Source: Phoronis australis
Lineage: Eukaryota; Animalia; Phoronida
DNA: 64,000 nucleotides
Direction of reading: 5' to 3'
Assembly: GCA_002633005.1 (NCBI GenBank)
Contig: NMRA01000011.1
Location: 904,855 to 968,854, forward strand
The notes under the pieces are model-generated. The model was not told the DNA's origin. It saw nothing but the letters and a program-made list of their open reading frames with translations, and searched no databases. Each line of letters starts with the position of its first letter. The first letter of the stretch is position 1. Below are positions 1 to 10,567 of this stretch, in pieces. The position numbers were made by a program, and so were the translations under genes.

Positions 1-278
1 ACCTAGCTGTATTTTGGCAGTAGTCTTCATACAGCTAGCTGTCCCTATAAGAATTAATGTGTCACTTCGGTCCACTTACGGTGACTTACAGTGGTGTTAA
101 TGGTAGTGGATGACTGCTGGTATTTGAAAGTACATTTATTTGTTTCAACTTTTCGTCTTCTTTCTATCCATTTGCATATTGCATGAGATTTCCAGAAATT
201 TTGCATTTCTCTGGGCTTTCCTACTAGTAGCTGCTATGTCAGTTCGGGATCATTGAAGCCAGTTTTGAATCACAAAAT

Positions 279-405
279 TGTTGTGTGTGTGTTTCTGATG
301 AATCAAGAGCTTCTGTTGTCCACTCGTTAATGGACAATTGCATACGGTATTAGTTGAATGGTTAGCATGCTTAGTGCTGTTTTTATAGGGGTTTTTGGTT
401 TGATG
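279..405 (+). mobile_element. Degenerate LTR copy of the same family, opposite orientation
   Basis: tgttg...ccactcgttaatggacaattgc...tagttgaatggttagca aligns to the reverse complement of 421-523. Confidence 0.55.
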
Positions 406-420
406 GTCTCAGCAATTACC

Positions 421-890
421 AATAAAACCGTCAAGCGTGCTAACTATTCAGCTAATAGGCAATTGCCCGTTAGTGAGTGGCTAACAGAGGCTCATATGAT
501 CCACCGGAAGCACGACTGCAACATTCCCCCTTTCCTGTGGAAGAGGGCGCGTCCTGGAAGGTAAACGCCAGATTGTATCGCATTCAGGCCATCAACTTCG
601 TTTGGTATCTTTACCAGTGCAACACAGGAGAACACAAAGTTGTCTCACGAACAGGTTCTCCACTCTGGAACTTTTACCATCACCATACCAGTTGACAATG
701 CTTCATTGGTAGATCATCTGTCTTGCCAACTATGCCACTTGTAGCAACAGCCAAGAAAACGTGACCCGGGAATCGAGTCAGAGACCCTGATAAAACCGGC
801 AAATGTGCTAACCATTCAGCTTATAGCAATTGCCCGTTAGCAAGTACCAAACAGATCCTCATATGATCCACCGGAAGCTCGTCTGCAACA
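421..890 (-). mobile_element. Miniature non-autonomous LTR retroelement (TRIM) with tRNA-like LTRs
   Basis: 5' LTR 890-740 (TG...CA), PBS TGGCATAGTTGGCAAGA at 737-721 (tRNA-Ser-like), ~185 bp non-coding core, PPT GGAAAGGGGGAA at 535-524, truncated 3' LTR 523-421. Confidence 0.75.
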
Positions 891-1064
891 CTGCAATTGG
901 CATGGGTGGCAAATGGATGATTTACCATTGAAGCACTCCCAACAAGGTCTCGGCACGGACTTCGGACACGGCGCATGGTATGGACTCAGAACACAATGAG
1001 AGGACATGGGTTAGTGTTGCTGAGGGCAAATTCCAGGTCATTGGGATGTTGCTGAGATCTGCAG

Positions 1065-1232
1065 CCAGGAGGCAGGCCTGTTTTGTAGGAAAGGGGGGGA
1101 ATGTTGTAGATGTGCATCTAGTGAATCATAAACCTCTTTTACCCACTCACTAATGAACAATTGCCTACTAGCTGAATTCTTTGCACACCTGCCGGCTTTA
1201 TCGGGGTCGCAAGTTCAGTTCCCGGGTCAGGT
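1065..1232 (+). mobile_element. PPT + LTR copy of the same family
   Basis: aggaaagggggggaa then TGTTG at 1102; ccactcactaatgaacaattgcctactagctgaa...cccgggtca. Confidence 0.65.
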
Positions 1233-1803
1233 GATCTTGGCAATTACTATTTGCACAATAAAATAGCTGAGCTGAAGGGGTCTTTATTTTAAAGTTGACA
1301 CTTCAGAAGTGCAGGATTTGGCTGCAGCATTTGTTGTAGGGTAGCAGTTGAATTTCCAGATAGGTTGGATTTTGCCTTACCTGTCTTAATTGTTTTAGTC
1401 CAGTTGGACTAGTCTTCTTAGGGAGGGACCCTTATGCAGTAATGCCACATGTGAACTCAATGCCCAGAATGGCAATCATAATTGAATGATTGAAGTAGCT
1501 ACACTGACAGATAGGGGGTGCTGCAGTACATTCAACCAAATGTTGTAAAGATGATAACATGTTCACCATGTTCTACCTCAGTGGTGTGCTCAAAGTAAGA
1601 TCTGTTTCTACGCAGCTGCAATCATGAGTGTTGTTATCTTGTGCCTTGTTTAGGTTGACTCGTCTCTATGAATGACAGCTGGCTACTGACACGTGTGATT
1701 GATGGACTTGCGTGCTTTTACATGTCAGAGACATCTCGGGAGGATGCCTAAAGCATTGTTGAAGGTTCACCAAGTCACTTGACAGATTCACAGTACATTG
1801 TCG

Positions 1804-1879
1804 TCTTTGTAATTGTATCTTTGTATATGTATCTTTGTAATTGTATCTTTGTAATTGTATCTTTGTAATTGTATCTTTG
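1804..1879. repeat. 14-bp tandem repeat (tctttgtaattgta), ~5 copies
   Basis: Visible periodicity just upstream of the first LRR acceptor. Confidence 0.85.
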
Positions 1880-1902
1880 GTTTTTGTTTTTCAGCTTTAG
1901 AG

Positions 1903-2983
1903 ATGGTGCACTCTCCCTCGTCAGGAACCAATGATGTCAGCTTAAACAGCACATCCGCTGACTTTTCATCTCAAGATTTAGAAACTCTCCCTCCATCTGT
2001 TCTCGCCAGCACTCACCTGACTCACCTCTACTTGGATTTTAACAAGTTGAAAGATCTTCCACAAGAATTCGGCACTTGCCTTCCATCACTTTCGTTTTTA
2101 TCATTGGAAGGAAATGATCTGGAATTTCTACCCGATTCTTTTGGAAGCCTGTCTCGCCTCACCGAGCTGTATTTAAATGAAAACAAACTTAGCGATTTTC
2201 CTCCATCGTTTGGAAAATTGAAAAACTTACAAATACTAAACGTTGTTGGCAATAATTTGTTGACGTTGCCTCAGTTGCTAAGCAACCTAGAGTCGTTGCA
2301 GTCGATTTACGCGGATGAAAATGGTCTTCGTGAAATTACGCAAGATATTGGCAGGTTATCTCATCTTAGAATTCTTGAAGTCAGCAACAACAAGCTGTGT
2401 AGCCTACCAGCAAGTATAGGTGAACTGGTGAATCTTGAATCACTCAATATCAGTGTAAACAAGTTGAAAACTCTGCCTGAAAGTCTAGGCGACCTCGGAA
2501 AGCTCAAGGCTTTGGATCTATCATGCAACTGCATTAGACAATTGCCAATGCATTTCAAATCTGTAGCAACATTGGAAATGCTCGTTGTTGAAAATAACGA
2601 AATTTCACTCTTGCCAGAGTGGGTCAGTTCCCTGTCTTGTATTGAGTGTCTGTCAATGGCTGATAATCACATCACAGAGTCTCCATTTACATCTGAATTT
2701 TCAACAAATTGTCAGAACCTAAAAAGACTGGATGCTGGTGGAAATTTCATGGACGCCTTGCCAGACACGTTCGGGGAGCTTAAGAGTTTAGAGTTCCTCC
2801 ACCTGGGAAGTGTCATTCATGAGTTAGAACGACGGAATTTTCAAAACGGCAATTGGTTGACCATACTTCCGGACAGTTTTTGTCAGCTTCACAAATTGAC
2901 AGAGGTTCACTTGGACGAGAACCAGTTGACAGAGTTACCAGAAAACGTTGGGGATCTTCACAGCCTGGAATTTATTGATTTAG
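1903..2983 (+). CDS. LRR gene coding exon 1 (LRR1-15)
   Basis: LxxLxLxxNxLxxLPxxFGxL repeats; donor G|GTTAAA, phase 1. Confidence 0.93.
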
Positions 2984-5900
2984 GTTAAAATGTCAAATGT
3001 CACCATAATAGAAATGTTCTCATGTGCAAAGTTTTCACGTTGTAACTTGCGCTTTATATTACTCTTACCTTCCTGTATATAGCATGCAAGACAAATAATT
3101 TTTAGCATTTCTGCAGTGTAGATGCTTTATGCTCATAATGTCAAAAAAGGCATCCTCTCAAATTAAATTAAAAAATTTCAGAAAGCATCGATTGCTTTAC
3201 TTTTCAGAAAAAAGGATCATTTTCCTTGTACTTCAAACGGTTAAAGTGTTCACACGGAATTGTTTTTAATAAATGTATGCTGATAACCTCTGTCGACTCA
3301 ACAAAAATTATGCAAAGCTGAAATACTCTTCTCATACTGATCTCATCAACTTTGTCGTATTACTTTACTGCAGGTCAGAATCGACTACTGGAATTGCCAA
3401 CATCTTTCGGCAGGCTGAGGTCTCTGCGCACATGTCTTTTGTCCAAGAATCATCTGGAACTCCTGCCCTCTACGTTTGGTAATCTGTCCAAACTGGAGGA
3501 ATTCCGAGTTGATAACAATCAGGTACTTCATGATAAAAAATTGTCGCATCACTTAAACTGCTACTGTGGTACTGATGAAGTATTGATTCCAAGGAAATCC
3601 TTAAGTTACCCAAATGAAATTCAAGAGAATTTTACAGGCATATATTGGTTTTGGTGTTTGAGCTATACCCAAATTTTGGCTGCTTGCCTTTACTTAGAAA
3701 ATATTTGATCTTAATTTTGCACTATTCATTTGTTCAGTTCTATGTAGTACACTACTCTAAAGTAGATGTGTTAGTCTTAAGTTTAAAGTTGCTTTATGGT
3801 CTCAATGTGACAATGAATCTAGAGTGTCAGAATTATCATTGTTATGTTGTTTTTGAATATCCATGTTCCAAGGCTACATGCCAACCTTTCTAAAGGAACG
3901 TCAGTTTAGCAAAGAAACGGGCATTCTGAGTCTGAGCACTTTCATAGATTTAGCTTGCATTCAGAGTAGTTCTGAGCCTAGTAAACTAGAGGTTCGTTCA
4001 ATTGATCTCGGCTTGTTGATTTCTCCATCCAAAATCTCCATCCTGCATAAATGGGGTAACAAAGGCGTAATGTACTATGATTAATAACTGGAATTGGCGT
4101 TGAATCATTATGACATGCAGTTTGGTGCACCTGTACAGAAAAGAGACTCAACATAATTTTGCAGATTGCTGAGTTGCCAGAATCGTTTCATCAGCTCACC
4201 AACCTGAAGACGCTAGATTTGTTCAACAACAGACTCACTGAGATTCCACCTTGCTTAGGCTCTCTGAAGAAACTGACGCGACTGGACGTAAATGGGGTAT
4301 GGCAACATTTTTGTGTTTGGATTATGCCCAAAACACTGGAACTACAACAGTTTATTATCAACGCCGGATTCTGTACGAATGGTTGAGTTCATTTATTAAT
4401 AAACATTGTATTATATTACTGTTTTTCTTGTTGAGGGCCCTCTTGGAAAGCAGTGCTATCACTGAAGAGGCCACCCTCATTTTAAATATCACAACAATAA
4501 ATAAATAAATAAACATTGTGATCAAGTCCAATTTCCAGCTAAAACTGTCAGTATCACTTTAATTTGACTTTGCTATTGGAAAGTAGATTGATTTTGTTTT
4601 TGTTGATTTCCTTTGGCTTATATACTTGATGCTCTAAGAAAATTCAAACAAGTTTACTTGCCAGAATACTAGGTGGCTCTTCTCTCCAAAGTTTATCTTT
4701 TGACAAGGAATTTTTTAAATCGTGACTGCGAGATCAAAAAATGCCATGTTGCATTCTTTCCTGAGCCGATGTAGTTCAACAATTTGTCCTTAGGTTATGG
4801 GGTTATTTGTATTCTTTGCAATGTTTGCTTTTGATCGCATTTTTGTGACAAATTGTTAATGACAACATGTTTGCTTGTCTTGAGATTTCCAGTCCGATTT
4901 TGACTTTCAGCATTTCTTTTAAGCACTATAAACGTACCTTTTCAGAATAAATTCAAAATTCCACTAAATAAAAGGCCCATGCTTGACCGCGAGTTGACCT
5001 ATGCTCCTCGTGACCCTGACCTTAAGGATAACTGGAGGGGAAAGGGTCGTCATGAAGAGATAGACAACGTGACTGTTAAAAAGGTCAGTCGGTTGCCAGT
5101 TGTGATCTGATACACTTGTCATGAAACATCCATTGTTAGTTTTATTTTGTACGAATCTTTGTTTTGTACAACTTGAACCCTGACTCACTGAAACTTTCAA
5201 TTTTAATATTTATTCATTCATCTCAAAACACCTGTACCGCATTTTTCTTTGAAACGCCAATTATTTTTCATAAAAATGCCTTATATTTTGCGAGTTTATT
5301 TGGCATAGAAACAAATTTGAACTAAACGAATAATCGAAAATTCCTAGCAGTGTTTTAGGTAAATTGTGAAGTTTTCATTCATTAAAATTGACCAAGGGGT
5401 TATTTTGCTATGAGTGGAACTTTTAAATGAAATTTTGACTTAAAAAGGTGAAAATGTAATAATAATAATGGCACATGAATATAAAACATATTTTTATAAT
5501 CTCATCTGTTTTCTGTTAGAAAATATATATTGTTACTAGTTGACATAGCTTTGGTATAAGAGTTAGTATAAAGGCCAATAAATAAGGTTTGAAATAACTT
5601 TAAGTTGTCAAAACAGTTCACGTGGGGTCACGTGCTTCCATTAAAATTGAGCTTATAGTGTGTTTTTGTTCTCCTGTAATCTCAGATTCACATTGACGCT
5701 GGCGATGATGCCTCCGAGTCCGAAGAGGAGGCACAGCCATTGAGCTGGAACGAGAATGCTCTGCGAAGGGCTATGAGGTCAGGGATGTCCATGTGGAGAT
5801 CACACACGGGTCAGTTGAGTGTCAGAGGTCATTCTGCTGCCATGGAGACAGATGCCTGGATCTGTTGCAGTCATTAGAAAGGGTTGTCCTTTGACACTAG

Positions 5901-8891
5901 TTTGAACTTTGAACGGAAGCTTAAAATGTCAAATTTGTACTAAATTTGGAGCATCATATCTGAGAAATAGTGGATTGGATCCAAATGAAAGTGTCAGATA
6001 CTTTGAATTATACACTGTTATCCATTTTTATTTAAGAATTGTTTCTTTAAATATTTCACTCGCACAAGATGAAAAACTGAAAGTTAGGACTTGAATGAAG
6101 GATTTTTATGTGCCCACATATAGTCTGTACTCTGTCATTGCTTTTGTTTGTCATTGCTTCTGTTTGTCATTGCTTCTGTTTGTCATTGCTTCTGTTTGTT
6201 ATTGCTTCTGTTTGTCATTGCTTCTGTTTGTTATTGCTTCTGTTTGTCATTGCTTCTGTTTGTCATTGCTTCTGTTTGTCTTTGCTTGTTTGTTCGTCAA
6301 TTATTCTGAAGACCACCTCTATCTTGAGGACAACCCAACACTTGTCAATTTTCTGACAGATTCAGCTACTGTGGCACCCCCTTTTGTCCATTGGCCAATT
6401 CTTCTGAAAGTTGATATGGGGGTACTTGTGCTGGCACCAGTCAATTTTCAGACAAACTTGATTACCATTGCGTCCCCAATTGGTTATAGTTTTGATAAGA
6501 AATTCTGTGTCTGTCAATTTTTGGCCAAACTGGAGGAAATTTGCGCTGACCTGATGCATAGTTATGTTTTAGGAATGTCCGTTGCTTTTTGGCCAAAATG
6601 TCCTGGACTGTGACAACCACTACATGAGATTGCTTGTATAGGCTGTTCATATAAGGGAGGAACACTCTGAGCGTTACCTAAACAGGAACAGAGTTTACAA
6701 TGTCCAGCTGTGGTGATTGATGTTGTCCTGTTCTCAGCATATTTCTCTCACTGTGCATTTCGACGTTATCGCGAGCAGTGGGACTATGTATATTTTGTTT
6801 TTATTTGTTTGATTTGATGCGGTCATACTACTTCTGCCTGAAGATGGTTTGTTTGTAATAAACCGAAACGTTTGATTTGGTTAATATGTCTATCTTCACG
6901 TGCGCACTCATGATTACACTCTCGTTAAAACATTTACCTTCATGAAATTGATCTCAGTTTTTTTCCTTTGTCAAAGAAGTTGTGATATCTGGCTTGGAAA
7001 GGACTGGCAGCCCGTTATGGCTTGAGACTGAGGCTTTACAATTTGGCTTGTCACAGCGTGTCATTTTATTTTCCGAGCACGATTTCAAGTAATGACGAAC
7101 TATCAAGACGGAAAGTCACTTCTCATGTGAGTGAGAATGAATTGAGATCAAGTGAATAGCTGCAAGTGGTTTAATGCAAAATCCAGTTTTATTCTTTGAT
7201 GGAGGGCAGGTTTATGGCTGCTTTGATAACTCTGCACGGTTTCAGTTTGGTAAAACGTGAGAAAACATTAAAGTTTCATTTTCAAATATTTTGTTCTCTT
7301 ATCCCAAGCAGAAAGGTCGAACATTAAATTCACCTGTTGTCAAGGTGTTAATTGTTTGTACAAGTCATTAACAATGTCAGTGTATTGTCTATTTTCCGCT
7401 TCTAGGACCTGATAAGCGTGAAGTGTACAGAAATCCGCAGCCGCAGACTCCTTCTCAATGTTCCTCCAGTGAAGAATGCGTTGTGGAGGATGACGATGAC
7501 TGGCAAGCCTGGGACATCGGCGATGAAGGTAGGAATTGTCCTCTAGGAATATCAACATTAGCTGTTGTTCATTAGCACCTATAAGGGTAATAATTTCCAT
7601 AGTGAGCGTGATAACACGTGGAACAGGAAATTTTGTAGAGGTAAAACTCAAAGAACTCTGCAAAGATACATGCTGCAACTAGTTTGTTAATGTACTAGTA
7701 GAATATATGTGTTTTGGCACGATTGGTAAGTCTACATGTCAATGTTTTCTTGTAAAACACTAAAGAAACGAAAGTTTTCAACCAACGATGTGTAAGTTAA
7801 CAGAAGCATGAATGCTTTGCTTGATCGAATATTTTTGATGTCAAATGTGAGAGGGCTTTGTGTTCAGCTAGATTATATTCGTTCCAGGTTCTGCAGTTTC
7901 AGTCGGTCAGACCAAGACATGGTGCCCTCCATTGTCTGAGGAGGAGGAAGACTGGGACAAGGAGTGTGAGGGTAGGTCACACATACACACACACCACCTG
8001 GTGGTGACCTGGGTATGACCTGAGAGGAGAAACAACTGGGTACTTTCAGTCCGTTATTTGTTCCTTGATATCCGTTTGCGATGTGATTGGTTGATTGTTG
8101 TTACCGTGACCTAAGGTGCACTAAGTTTTTTATGGCATTTTTTGCAATTGCTGGTTATCTCAGTTTGACGATTCTGAAACTAGGTGAAGGAAACTATAAA
8201 AATGTGATGGTTGGCAAAACAGCAACTTTTGATTAAGTCACTTTCTGTTATAAATTGGGCCATTCTATTCCTTAGCCAAATGAAAAATAATTTCTAGACT
8301 TAAGAACTGACTCTTTGTTACTGCTTCAGACCAAGATCATAAGTTAGCTTGTCACGACAAGTTAGGTTCAGTCACCGAAGCAGTATGGCTGTCATGGGTC
8401 TTCTATTATAATCAATTTCAGCACATAATAACATTGCTTTGTAAGGGGGAAACACCCCTGTATAGAAAATAGTTTTTGATACTAAAACATGGTTATGCCA
8501 GTTTGATGTTGATTACGAGACGTAATTAGTCTACTACTCCTGAGGAATTTCCTATTAACTATGTTAGCCTTCGTACAGTCTGAGTCACATACACCTGGTT
8601 GAAAAATACTTTTGACTCATTGAGCATAAAGTGTAAAGATTTATTCAAATTACTTGTTGAATATTTTTTATAACTTGTTGCGTAATGAATTCTTCATCAA
8701 TATTTCTTTGGTTGGTAGATGTAGTCATCCACACTCCGCCGGTCATAGTGCCCCAGTACTTCAGAACCTATCGACCGTACAAGGATTACGTGCCTGCGGA
8801 CGATCATGTGTCTCCGTTCAATTGGACGAAAGGTAGCAATCCTGAGGTTGTTGAGGGACAGTTCTCAGATGCTGAAGAAGACGTTTCATGA
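1903..8891 (+). CDS. Spliced gene: LRR protein (~19 x 23-aa repeats) with acidic C-terminal tail bearing a COPR5-like / PRMT5-binding-motif end; 667 aa
   Basis: Join 1903-2983, 3374-3522, 4165-4296, 4946-5083, 5686-5809, 7406-7528, 7888-7971, 8719-8891 = 2004 nt. Frame is open, all introns are GT-AG with matching phases. An acceptor at 1894/1900 precedes the ATG, so an upstream exon may exist. Confidence 0.88.
3374..3522 (+). CDS. LRR gene exon 2
   Basis: ctgcag|GT; GQNRLLELPTSFGRL...VDNNQ|gtac. Confidence 0.92.
4165..4296 (+). CDS. LRR gene exon 3
   Basis: ttgcag|IAELPESFHQL...LTRLDVNG|gtatgg. Confidence 0.92.
4410..4507 (+). mobile_element. 5'-truncated LINE/SINE 3' end with (AAAT)n tail and 12-bp TSD
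   Basis: TSD aataaacattgt at 4398-4409 and 4508-4519; gagggccctctt...aagaggccaccctc stem-loop. Confidence 0.6.
4946..5083 (+). CDS. LRR gene exon 4
   Basis: tttcag|NKFKIPLNKRPMLDRELTYAPRDPDLKDNWRGKGRHEEIDNVTVKK|gtcagt; completes the last LRR. Confidence 0.85.
5686..5809 (+). CDS. LRR gene exon 5
   Basis: tctcag|IHIDAGDDASESEEEAQPLSWNENALRRAMRSGMSMWRSHT G|gtcagt. Confidence 0.82.
6131..6290. repeat. 16-bp minisatellite (ttgcttctgtttgtca), ~10 copies
   Basis: Direct periodicity; produces the spurious Cys/Leu-rich ORFs at 6095 and 6108. Confidence 0.92.
7406..7528 (+). CDS. LRR gene exon 6
   Basis: ttctag|GPDKREVYRNPQPQTPSQCSSSEECVVEDDDDWQAWDIGDE G|gtagga, phase 1-1. Confidence 0.82.
7888..7971 (+). 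CDS. LRR gene exon 7
   Basis: ttccag|GSAVSVGQTKTWCPPLSEEEEDWDKECE G|gtaggt, phase 1-1. Confidence 0.82.
8719..8891 (+). CDS. LRR gene terminal exon
   Basis: tggtag|DVVIHTPPVIVPQYFRTYRPYKDYVPADDHVSPFNWTKGSNPEVVEGQFSDAEEDVS*. Confidence 0.85.
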
Positions 8892-8989
8892 TCAATATAT
8901 GGCTATTTCATATGCAGATAAGCCTTGTTAATCAGTCTGGGCTGAGTAAGGCGCGAATTGTGCTTGGTCGCTGTATGGTTGCTCTGACA

Positions 8990-9130
8990 GTACACATAGC
9001 AAGAATTTGACTGTGACTGTACATCAGAGCACAACACATGAATGGTTCGAGATGGCTGCTCTGAGAGTACATAGCAAGTATTTGACTGTGACTGTACATC
9101 AGAGCACAACACACGAATGGCACGAGATGA
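8990..9130. repeat. 74-bp tandem duplication downstream of the LRR stop (probable 3' UTR)
   Basis: catagcaag(a/t)atttgactgtgactgtacatcagagcacaacac at 8996 and 9070. Confidence 0.85.
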
Positions 9131-10417
9131 CACACAGGTTGTAAAAACATTGTTTTTTATCTGAATGTCATTTAATTAGTGCTATCATTGTTTTGCTAAT
9201 GCTGAACGCTGTCTTCTGGTGCTTCTCATGTCATTCACCATGCCTCGTGCATGTTTTAAGAAAATGTTTTTGTGTATCAGTGAACGAACATGTGGCAGGT
9301 GTAAAACAATTAAACTAACTCTAGTCAGTGTCGATGTAATGGTGCTTTGGTTGTGCCAACAGTCAGTTATGTGGCAGTAAGCGCATGGGGTAGATTGGTA
9401 TCAGTGTGGATATGGGGCGATTATTTAGCGTAGTCCTGAAGAATGGATGGGACTAGAGCTTTTCTGTTTCGCTCATGAGATGGCAGCAGTGTTTAAGTGG
9501 AATGCAATGTGCCGAATTTCCTAACAAAAACAATGTTAAAAATTACTTTCGGCATGATTTTTTGAACAGTGCAGCTCTCAACATGGTAAAATGTTTCGCT
9601 TTTATTTCAGTGTTGTTCAGTTTTATTAGTACTTCTGTTCGAAAAATTTATTGTCAGTAAAATGTTGTGAACGTTGATGGGACAGTTGTCATCTTGTTTA
9701 ATTGAACATTGGTCAAACTTGATGTTTAATATGTAAATTAATATTTTGTTAATTACATAAGCACTGATTGGCTCCAGTTATGTGTGGAAGAGGGGCACAA
9801 TCACTTAACAAAGTTTTGAGATTTGTCATAGTCACATGATCATCATTCTGTTACCAGTGGGTGAGATTTCGTAACCATCAAAATTACTGGCAGCGAAATT
9901 TTCAGAAGGTGCAAATCTGCTTTGCAATCACACAGCAACGAGGAGAGGTATTTACCTTGTTGTGCAATGTTGCATTATTCAAATTTTAAGTTCCTATTGA
10001 GGTGGCTTAAAAGTTAAGACGCTTATGTTTTGTTGAAAGGTAAAGACTATTTGGTGAAATTGTTCTACGGAAATTGGTGCTGCCGGCATGTCTGCGTCAG
10101 AAGTTGAGACAGCATCATGTTTGTTTTTTCATGTTCAAAACCATTTATGTTTCTCAATAAAATGGTGGGTTTCATTATTTCACCTCCACTTGAAATAAGA
10201 CTTGTAAAGCAGTCGCATACAAAGGTCAAAGATATCCTTAAGGGCGAGCTCAACCGACCCCAAGATACCAAGAACTGGTTGAATTTTTATTATTTTATTC
10301 TGATACTTGATTATAAATTAAACAATCAGATGTCAATAAGTATGAACAATTTACACAACTTTAAAATCTGCTTTGAACATTTTCTCTTAAATGAGAAGAT
10401 CACTTTAGCTTATTAAT

Positions 10418-10567
10418 AAGTGAACCTGAAGTTCACTTAGTAAAGTGAACCTGCAGTTCACTTAGTAAAGTGAACCTGCAGTTCACTTAGTAAAGTGAAC
10501 CTGAAGTTCACTTAGTAAAGTGAACCTGCAGTTCACTTAGTAAAGTGAACCTGCAGTTCACGTAGTA
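10418..10567. repeat. 25-bp palindromic minisatellite (aagtgaacctgcagttcacttagta) x6
   Basis: Each unit contains the inverted repeat aagtgaac-N5-gttcactt. Confidence 0.93.

Noticed and set aside
6095-6613. 172-aa hydrophobic/Cys-rich ORF
   Set aside because: Generated by a 16-bp minisatellite inside an intron.
10418-10567. Palindromic repeats resembling a CRISPR array
   Set aside because: No unique spacers, no cas genes, eukaryotic context; plain minisatellite.
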